Assembly (NCBI GenBank): GCA_002694585.1
Contig: NZMM01000094.1
Span: forward strand, 1-42,081
Source: Methanobacteriota archaeon
GTDB taxonomy: Archaea > Thermoplasmatota > Poseidoniia > Poseidoniales > Poseidoniaceae
Length of the DNA: 42,081 nucleotides
Direction: 5' to 3'
Both the position numbers and the translations under genes were made by a program. The notes below the pieces were generated by a model that did no database searches, was not told the origin of the DNA, and worked only from the letters and a program-made list of their open reading frames with translations. Each line of letters starts with the position of its first letter. Positions within the stretch are counted from its first letter, which is position 1. Shown in pieces: positions 34,043 through 42,081 of the stretch.

Positions 34043-34882
34043 ATGAGCGATCTCCTCGAACTCTCCGGCCGGCTCGGTTCGATGACCAACCTCGTGCACG
34101 GCTTCATCTACTTCGCGCCGGAAGCGAGTAAGGAGTTCGACACCCTCGGCCTGCCCGCCGACCATCACTACTTTGCGAGCCGCGGGGCGGCACTCGGGCC
34201 GGTCTCCGCCGAGGTCATCGTGGCCACCTTCTACAACTTCAACCCGGCCCTCGTGGCTGCCGTGATCCCGGCGGCGTGGTCGTTCGCCGATCCGACCAAG
34301 ATCCAGCAGGCACGGATCCGGGCGGCGGGGCGAGCTCTCCGCCGGGTCGAGCCGGATCTCGATGCCGAACTCCTCACCGAGGCCACGGACATCGCAGGTC
34401 AGATGATCGCCGGTGTCGGTGACGCTGGAAGACCGCTGGCCGCCGGTAACCGGGCCACGCCCGAACCTGACGAACCGTGGGAACGGCTCTGGCAGCGGAT
34501 CACGATCCTGCGCGAGTGGCGGGGGGACGCCCACGTCGCTGCGCTGGTCGCCGCGCCGGCCGACCCGATCGAGGCGCTGATCCTGCACGCTGCGACCGGC
34601 ATCGTCCCGAAGGTTGCGCTCACGGCGACCCGCCAGTGGCCCGATGAGCAGTGGGATGCCGGCGTTGCTCGGCTTGTCGCTCGCGGCCTCGTGCAGGAGG
34701 ACGAATCGTTCACCGAGATGGGCGAAGCCTTCCGCGCCGACATCGAGCGACGGACCAATCAGGCCGCACTCCCACTGGTTGAGGCGGTCGGCCCCGACCG
34801 GACCGCCCGCCTGATCGATCTTCTCAAGCCGGTTCGCCGAGCCCTGCTCGACGGGGGCGCCTTCGCCGCCTTCGGGCGGTAG
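34043..34882 (+). CDS. conserved helical protein of unknown function, distant paralog of 3715..4464 (SCO6745-like/SalK-like, name uncertain)
   Basis: 279 aa. Shows GFIYFAPEASKEFDTLGLP..HYFASRGAALGPVS, FYNFNP and ILREWRGDAHVAALVAA..DPIEALIL. Confidence 0.65.
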   Translation: MSDLLELSGRLGSMTNLVHGFIYFAPEASKEFDTLGLPADHHYFASRGAALGPVSAEVIVATFYNFNPALVAAVIPAAWSFADPTKIQQARIRAAGRALRRVEPDLDAELLTEATDIAGQMIAGVGDAGRPLAAGNRATPEPDEPWERLWQRITILREWRGDAHVAALVAAPADPIEALILHAATGIVPKVALTATRQWPDEQWDAGVARLVARGLVQEDESFTEMGEAFRADIERRTNQAALPLVEAVGPDRTARLIDLLKPVRRALLDGGAFAAFGR

Positions 34883-34892
34883 GGAGACAATC

Positions 34893-35246
34893 GTGTCGAT
34901 GGAGATCAATGCGATCACGTTCGTGGTCACCGACATGGCGGCGTCGGTCGGCTTCTACACCGACCTCGGCGGCGAGATCGTCTACGGCGGCGCCGATGCG
35001 CCGTTCACCTCGCTGTCGTTCGGTTCGAACTTCGTCAACCTTCAGCAGACCGGGGAGGCACCCGGACTTCGGTGGGGTCGGGTGATCTTCCACGTCGACT
35101 CCCCCGATGCGATCCACGACACGGCGATTGCGGCCGGCCATACGCCGGAGTTCGCCCCGTCAGATGCTCCCTGGGGTGAGCGCTACTTCCACATCCGCGA
35201 CCCCGACGGTCACGAACTCAGCTTCGCCCGACGACTCGATCAGTGA
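34893..35246 (+). CDS. VOC (glyoxalase/bleomycin-resistance/dioxygenase) family protein
   Basis: 117 aa. GTG 34893 is preceded by AGGGAG; the alternative start is ATG 34899. Shows INAITFVVTDMAASVGFY ... ERYFHIRDPDGHELSF. Confidence 0.82.
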   Translation: MSMEINAITFVVTDMAASVGFYTDLGGEIVYGGADAPFTSLSFGSNFVNLQQTGEAPGLRWGRVIFHVDSPDAIHDTAIAAGHTPEFAPSDAPWGERYFHIRDPDGHELSFARRLDQ

Positions 35247-36202
35247 TGACCGGCGGGGGCGTCATCCAGCTCAGCAGGATGGCTGCCCTTTGGCAGTGAC
35301 GCCACCGCTCCCACCACGATCAGCCCCCAGAAGAAGCCAACGACCGCCGAGATCAGGGTGTTGACGCTCCAGCCGACGAGTCCGCCAAGCGGAAGATCCG
35401 CCACGGCGTATTCGGCATCGTGCACGGCGTCGTAGGGGAAGTGCCAGCCAAGTTCCTCGGCGCCGACAAGAAGGATGTGGCCGCCGACCCACAGCATCGC
35501 GGCAGTACCGACCACCGAGAGCGTCTTCAGCACCTTCGGCATGGCGGCGACCAGGCTGCGACCCGTGCGCTGTGAACTCTCCGAATCGCTCTGTGCCATC
35601 CGGAGGCCGACATCGTCCATTTTCACGATGAGCGCGACGGCGCCGTAGACGACCACGGTGATCAGCACGGCGACAATGGCGAGAATGATGCCGCGGGTCA
35701 CCAACGGCTCTTCGATGACCTCCTTAAGCGAGATCACCATGATCTCGGCCGACAAGATGAAGTCGGTGCGGACGGCGCCCGTGACGGTGGCCGCTTCGGC
35801 TTCGGGGCCGACCATAGCGACCGGCACGTCATGGTCATGATCGTCGCCAGCGAGAGCGTGGAGGATCTTGTGGGCACCCTCGTAGGCGAGGAACGAACCG
35901 CCGCAGATCAGGATGATCTCAACTAGGGTCGGGGCGATTTCGCTGAGCAGGATCGCCGCCGGGAGGATGAACGCAAGCTTGTTAAGCAGCGAGCCACGGG
36001 CGATCTTCTTGATGATCGGGAGTTCACGCTCGGCAGCAAGGCCCTGGACGTACTGCGGGGTGACCGCAGCATCATCGACGACGACACCGGCCGCCTTCAT
36101 TGAGGCGCGACCCGCCGCCGCGCCGACATCGTCAATCGACGACGCTGCGAGTTTCGCCAGCGCAGCGACATCGTCGAACAGACCTACGAGACCACCAGCC
36201 AT
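35240..36202 (-). CDS. DUF808 (YedI-like) inner-membrane protein
   Basis: 320 aa. The N-terminus LFDDVAALAKLAASSIDDVGAAAGRASMKAAGVVVDDAAVTPQYV is characteristic of DUF808. Confidence 0.82.
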   Translation of the reverse strand: MAGGLVGLFDDVAALAKLAASSIDDVGAAAGRASMKAAGVVVDDAAVTPQYVQGLAAERELPIIKKIARGSLLNKLAFILPAAILLSEIAPTLVEIILICGGSFLAYEGAHKILHALAGDDHDHDVPVAMVGPEAEAATVTGAVRTDFILSAEIMVISLKEVIEEPLVTRGIILAIVAVLITVVVYGAVALIVKMDDVGLRMAQSDSESSQRTGRSLVAAMPKVLKTLSVVGTAAMLWVGGHILLVGAEELGWHFPYDAVHDAEYAVADLPLGGLVGWSVNTLISAVVGFFWGLIVVGAVASLPKGSHPAELDDAPAGHH

Positions 36203-36209
36203 GGCTCCG

Positions 36210-36237
36210 AAAACTAGCGGACCGGCCGGATGGTCCG
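36210..36237 (-). terminator. weak hairpin plus short U-tract after the MBL hydrolase gene
   Basis: On the minus strand, CGGACC-N8-GGTCCG (36218-36237) is followed by CTAGTTTTCGG. The stem is only 6 bp, and the element sits 8 nt upstream of the DUF808 start codon. Confidence 0.3.
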
Positions 36238-36244
36238 ACGACGA

Positions 36245-37066
36245 TCAGATGCTGACGGTTGTCAGGTCGTCGCCCAGAATGATCTCGCCGTCGAAATGCT
36301 CGGCGGCGAGGGCAACCCAGGTGTCGTACTGCTCTGCGGGTGGCGCCGGGACCATGTGGGTCAGCATCAGCCGCTTGGCCCCGACCCGGGCTGCGGTCTG
36401 AGCGGCCTCGACGACATCAGAGTGGTAGTCGAGGATGTCCTGGATCATCTCCATGGGGATCTGCCGGACAAGGTCCTTGCGGATGACCGACTGCAGGTAG
36501 GCATCGGCACCGGCTGCGAGGACATCGACGCCGTCACACGGGTTGGTGTCTCCCACCAAGGCGACGGAGACCCCGTCGTGTTCGAGCCGGTACCCGATGG
36601 TCGGGGAGACGGGCGGGTGCTCCGTTGCCGCCGTCGTGACCATGACGTCGTTGATCATGAACGAGTCGCCGGGCTTGAGTTCAGTGACATCGAGCTGGGG
36701 GCCCTTCGTCATCTCGTCGTGGTGGGCGATGCGATAGCCGATGTCGAACTCGAGCATCGCCAACGTGCGGTCGACGAGTTCGACGATGCCCTCGGGGCCG
36801 AAGATCTTCAGCGTGGCGTTCTCTTGTGTCATCACCCAGTGGGTGGTGATGACATCGTTGAGTGCAGCAATGTGATCGCTGTGGAAGTGCGTGATCAGCA
36901 CGCCCCCAAGCATTCCGGGCAACGAGCCGGCCGCCGTCATCCTCATGACAACACCGCGCCCAGCGTCGAGGAGAATGTGGGTGTCGCCCGCTTTCACAAG
37001 AGCGGCCGGGGCGGCCCGGTTGGCGTCGGGAATCGGTGATCCTGTGCCGAGCATCGTGATTTCCAT
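36245..37066 (-). CDS. MBL-fold metallo-hydrolase (RNase Z/ElaC-like subgroup)
   Basis: 273 aa. Shows MEITMLGTGSPIP, the metal motif THFHSDHI and a later THM. Confidence 0.82.
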   Translation of the reverse strand: MEITMLGTGSPIPDANRAAPAALVKAGDTHILLDAGRGVVMRMTAAGSLPGMLGGVLITHFHSDHIAALNDVITTHWVMTQENATLKIFGPEGIVELVDRTLAMLEFDIGYRIAHHDEMTKGPQLDVTELKPGDSFMINDVMVTTAATEHPPVSPTIGYRLEHDGVSVALVGDTNPCDGVDVLAAGADAYLQSVIRKDLVRQIPMEMIQDILDYHSDVVEAAQTAARVGAKRLMLTHMVPAPPAEQYDTWVALAAEHFDGEIILGDDLTTVSI

Positions 37067-37084
37067 GCAGCCATCGTAGAACTT

Positions 37085-37113
37085 TTGTCGTCGAGACTGT
37101 CAATTGTTACGGT
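37085..37113 (+). promoter_or_regulatory. candidate promoter TTGTCG-N17-TACGGT, 6 nt before the ATG (leaderless-type)
   Basis: Read directly from the sequence. The -35-like hexamer is at 37085-37090 and the -10-like TAnnnT at 37108-37113, with ATG at 37120 and no SD. Confidence 0.35.
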
Positions 37114-37119
37114 CGCCGT

Positions 37120-38148
37120 ATGAGCGGCCACCCAATCGTGCTTGCGGGCCAGTACGGCTCGCCCTATTCCCTCAAGATGCGGGCGGTCCTGCGCTACCGC
37201 CACATCCCGTTTCGCTGGGTGCTGCGCGACTCGAAGTGGGACGACCTTCCTGAGCCACCGGTCCGGCTAATCCCCATGATCGTGTACCCCAACGGTGATG
37301 GCAGCCACGGTGAGGTCACAATCGACTCGTCGCCACAGATCATGCGACTCGAGCGCGAGCACACCGGCCGCAGCATCGTCCCCACCGATCCGGCACTTGC
37401 GCTGATCGACGCCATCATCGAGGACTTCGGCGACGAGTGGGTCACCAAGGCGATGTACCACTATCGCTGGGCGTATCAGGACGGCATCGACAAGGCCGGC
37501 ACGCTCCTCCCCCTGTCGGGCAACCTGCAGCTCGATTCCGACGGCGCCCAGATGTCCTACGACTTCTTCACCCAACGACAGATTGGGCGCCGTGAACTCG
37601 TCGGCTCCACCGACATCACCCAGCCGATCATCGAGTCCTCCTATGAGCGGCTGCTCGATCTGATGACTGCCGGGTTCGCCGAACGAGATTTCTTCCTCGG
37701 CGACCGACCGGGGCGTGGCGACTTCGGCATCTTCGGACAGCTGACACAGCTGGTGAAGTGGGATCCGACCTCGGTCCGGATTGCGGAGCAGCGAGCCCCG
37801 AAGGTGATCAACTGGGTTGACCGCACCGACGATCTGTCGTGGCTTCCCGTCGAAGGCAACGACGGTTGGGTGTCGTTGGAGTCGCTCCCCTCCGCCACCC
37901 GCCGCCTCCTCCACGAGATCGGGGCCACCTATGTCCCGTTCCTGCTCGCCAACGCCGATGCGCTGGGAGCAGGGAAGGACGAGGTCGTGTGCGAAATCCT
38001 CGGCGATACCTACCGCCAGGGGCCGTTCGCCTACCAGGGCAAGTGTCTCGAGTGGCTCCGGCGGGATCATGCAGCACTGTCCGACACCGACCGCGAACGA
38101 GTCGATGCCGTGCTTGCCGGCACGGGCTGCGAGGCGATGTTCGTCTGA
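37120..38148 (+). CDS. glutathione S-transferase-like protein (thioredoxin-like N-domain plus extended helical C-domain)
   Basis: 342 aa. The N-terminus GSPYSLKMRAVLRYRHIPFRWV is typical of the GST_N_3/Grx-like fold. The C-terminus is helical, with GDFGIFGQL. Confidence 0.6.
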   Translation: MSGHPIVLAGQYGSPYSLKMRAVLRYRHIPFRWVLRDSKWDDLPEPPVRLIPMIVYPNGDGSHGEVTIDSSPQIMRLEREHTGRSIVPTDPALALIDAIIEDFGDEWVTKAMYHYRWAYQDGIDKAGTLLPLSGNLQLDSDGAQMSYDFFTQRQIGRRELVGSTDITQPIIESSYERLLDLMTAGFAERDFFLGDRPGRGDFGIFGQLTQLVKWDPTSVRIAEQRAPKVINWVDRTDDLSWLPVEGNDGWVSLESLPSATRRLLHEIGATYVPFLLANADALGAGKDEVVCEILGDTYRQGPFAYQGKCLEWLRRDHAALSDTDRERVDAVLAGTGCEAMFV

Positions 38149-38162
38149 GCCGACGGTTCGGG

Positions 38163-38350
38163 TTAGGCGACGTCGAAGCCGGCGTCGTCGATGGCCGCGA
38201 GAACTGCATCGCGTTCGCCACCGACGACCGTGACGATCTTGGTGTCGAGATCGATCCGGACATCGCTGACACCCTCGACCTTGCCGACCTCGCCGGTGAT
38301 CGCCTCGACACAGTGCCCACAGCTCATACCGGGCACGGAGTAGGTACTGG

Positions 38351-38354
<4 letters not shown>
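38163..38354 (-). CDS. copZ: heavy-metal-associated copper chaperone
   Basis: 63 aa with the GMSCGHC metal-binding motif. Shows a 4-nt overlap with the upstream ATPase gene. Confidence 0.9.
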
Positions 38355-40516
<2,162 letters not shown>

Positions 40517-40603
40517 GGCATCAGGCTACGGCGTCACGGGGACGACCACCGGTGCGAGGTGACAAGCAACGCGGAGAGGTCGTTGTCTTCGTAGCCTCGA
40601 CTC

Positions 40604-41842
40604 ATGACGTCACGCTCTGATCGCCCGTACGACATCGTTGTCTTCGGCGCCACCAGCTTCGTTGGCGAGATCCTCTGCCGGTACCTCGTCGAGCGCCACG
40701 GCACCGACGGCGACCTCGCCTGGGCCATCGCCGGCCGGAACGAAGCGAAACTTGCCGCAGTCGCAGAGGCCACCGGTGCCGATGTGGTCCGGATCGTGGC
40801 CGACGCAGGCGACGCTGACGCCATGGCCGAGCTTGCCGAGTCGACCCGTCTCGTCATCTCGACCGTCGGCCCCTACGCGCTCTATGGCTCCGAACTCGTC
40901 GCTGCGGTCGCTGCCGCCGGCACCGACTCCGTCGACCTGACCGGCGAGCCCCAGTGGATGCAGCGCATGATCGACACGCACTCGGCCACGGCCGAGACGA
41001 GCGGCGCGCGCATCGTGCACACCTGCGGCTTCGACTCGATCCCATCGGATCTCGGTGTGTGGTTCACGCAAGGGCAGGCATCAGCACGATTCGACGAGCC
41101 ATGCACCACGATCGCCATGCGGGTGAAGGCCATGAAGGGTGGGGCGAGCGGCGGCACGATCGCCTCGATGATCAATGTGGTCGACGAAACAAAAGCCGAC
41201 CCGGAACTGCGCACGACACTGGCGAACCCCTATGCGCTCGCCCCGGAGGGCATGCGTTCGGGACCCCGCCAGCCCAGCGTGATGCGACCGACGAAGGACC
41301 CCGTCTCCGGCGAGTGGGTCGCCCCGTTCGTGATGGCCGGCATCAATACCAAGGTGGTGCACCGCAGCCACGCCGTGCTCGACCGGCCATGGGGCGCTGG
41401 GTTCACCTACGACGAGGCGATGCTCATGGGCGACAGCCCGTTGGGTGCGGCGAAGGCTGCGGCCCTCGTCGGCGGGTTAGGAGGGCTCATGGGCCTTGCT
41501 GCACTTGGTCCAGCCCGCGGCCTGCTCAACAAAATGCTGCCCAAACCGGGCGAGGGCCCGAGCCCTGAGCAGCAGGAGTCCGGCTTCTTCGACCTTCGCT
41601 TCTTCGGCACCACCGCCGGCGGCGGCACGATCACCGCCAAGGTCACCGGTGATCGTGATCCCGGCTATGGGTCCACTGCCAAGATGCTTGCCGAGAGCGC
41701 TACGACGCTCCTCGCCACCGACCGGGACGAAACGACCGGGACCCCTGGCGGCTTCTGGACGCCGGCGACGGCGATGGGTGACCGGCTGATCGAGGCGCTC
41801 GTCGCGCATGCTGGCCTGACCTTCGAGGTGCTCGAGAGCTGA
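40604..41842 (+). CDS. saccharopine dehydrogenase-like NAD(P)-binding protein (trans-acting enoyl reductase family)
   Basis: 412 aa with the Rossmann N-terminus YDIVVFGATSFVGEILCRYL. TAGCCT (40592-40597) lies 6 nt before the ATG, suggesting a leaderless start. Confidence 0.8.
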   Translation: MTSRSDRPYDIVVFGATSFVGEILCRYLVERHGTDGDLAWAIAGRNEAKLAAVAEATGADVVRIVADAGDADAMAELAESTRLVISTVGPYALYGSELVAAVAAAGTDSVDLTGEPQWMQRMIDTHSATAETSGARIVHTCGFDSIPSDLGVWFTQGQASARFDEPCTTIAMRVKAMKGGASGGTIASMINVVDETKADPELRTTLANPYALAPEGMRSGPRQPSVMRPTKDPVSGEWVAPFVMAGINTKVVHRSHAVLDRPWGAGFTYDEAMLMGDSPLGAAKAAALVGGLGGLMGLAALGPARGLLNKMLPKPGEGPSPEQQESGFFDLRFFGTTAGGGTITAKVTGDRDPGYGSTAKMLAESATTLLATDRDETTGTPGGFWTPATAMGDRLIEALVAHAGLTFEVLES

Positions 41843-41844
41843 GA

Positions 41845-41988
41845 GTTGCTGCCCGGTGTCGCAACAACATGATCCGTGGTGTCTCAGAAGACCAAGGCGA
41901 TCAAGAGCCACGGATCATTCCGGTGTGCAGGGATTTGCTGCGACACTGACCACAGGGTAAACGAGACCCATTCTTATTTCGCAGCAAC
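41845..41988. other. structured intergenic element with three nested inverted repeats; candidate cis-regulatory RNA or small repeat element
   Basis: The outer stem GTTGCTGC (41845-41852) / GCAGCAAC (41981-41988) is 8 of 8. The middle stem GGTGTCGCAACA (41855-41866) / TGCTGCGACACT (41936-41947) has 10 Watson-Crick pairs, 1 G-U and 1 mismatch. The inner stem ATGATCCGTGG (41869-41879) / CCACGGATCAT (41908-41918) is 11 of 11 with a 28-nt loop. Confidence 0.5.
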
Positions 41989-41998
41989 GGGGGTAGCG

Positions 41999-42081
41999 AT
42001 GTTCGACTACAGCAACAAGAAGGTTGTGCTTACGGGCGGCTCTTCGGGAGTGGGGGCGGCAGCGGTGGAAATGATCGCCAA
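41999..42081 (+). CDS. short-chain dehydrogenase/reductase (SDR), N-terminal fragment running off the window edge
   Basis: The manual translation MFDYSNKKVVLTGGSSGVGAAAVEMIA contains the TGxxxGxG cofactor motif. GGGGG lies 5-10 nt upstream of the ATG. Confidence 0.7.
   Translation, partial: MFDYSNKKVVLTGGSSGVGAAAVEMIA

Noticed and set aside
40523-40597. The 8-bp inverted pair AGGCTACG / CGTAGCCT bracketing the copA / reductase divergent gap, considered as a copper-regulator operator.
   Set aside because: The arms are about 59 nt apart, too far for a CsoR- or CopY-type operator. No metalloregulator gene is adjacent, and an 8-mer match is compatible with chance.
41855-41947. A tRNA-like reading of the middle stem: GGTGTCG / CGACACT looks like a 7-bp acceptor stem enclosing 93 nt.
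   Set aside because: There is no T-arm (no GTTCRAxxC-like loop) and no D-arm. The interior is instead a single 11-bp hairpin with a 28-nt loop, which is incompatible with a cloverleaf.
41955-41969. A small hairpin, GGGT-AAACGAG-ACCC, with ACGA in the loop, considered as a guanidine-II (mini-ykkC) element.
   Set aside because: Only one such hairpin is present, the loop is 7 nt rather than an ACGR tetraloop, and the downstream gene is an SDR rather than a guanidine exporter or carboxylase.

Overview
This is a GC-rich, gene-dense chromosomal window with about 44 protein genes. G/C-dominated third codon positions, many 4-nt start/stop overlaps and several apparently leaderless genes fit an actinobacterial genome. 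I could not run a taxonomic search. I found no rRNA, tRNA, CRISPR array, transposase, integrase or phage genes, so this reads as core or metabolic DNA rather than a mobile island.

Recognisable blocks, left to right:
- SulP permease fragment, malonyl-CoA decarboxylase, an unknown protein and an MFS transporter.
- Nitroreductase-SRPBCC fusion, PhyH-type dioxygenase, prolyl oligopeptidase and a frameshifted HI0933-type flavoprotein.
- Fatty-acid hydroxylase, 2OG oxygenase, class I aldolase, MaoC hydratase and an orphan MsiK-type ABC ATPase.
- A minus-strand sulfur cluster at 15.5-22.5 kb (described below).
- A kinase-fold protein, then a GntR / isochorismatase / DUF1330 / decayed-LLM operon.
- A complete seven-gene mrpABCDEFG cation/proton antiporter operon.
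- A sodN/sodX nickel superoxide dismutase pair, then thioesterase, VOC, DUF808, MBL and GST-like genes.
- copZ-copA copper export, a saccharopine-dehydrogenase-like reductase and the start of an SDR gene.

The most system-like and least conventional part is the sulfur cluster. It holds a divergent LysR regulator and a signal-less molybdopterin (bis-MGD family) enzyme. That enzyme's 4Fe-4S subunit is fused to its NrfD-type membrane anchor. Directly downstream sit a CstB/Blh-type persulfide dioxygenase-rhodanese and a split YeeE/YedE pair. I interpret this, by inference only, as a cytoplasm-facing SoeABC-like sulfite:quinone oxidoreductase coupled to persulfide detoxification.

Other points worth a second look:
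- A NiSOD nickel hook with Tyr in place of the conserved Pro.
- A roughly 145-nt three-tier nested inverted-repeat element in front of the terminal SDR gene.
- Two decayed genes and several candidate operators or leaderless promoters.

All functional calls rest on motif recognition in the supplied translations. No database search was run.
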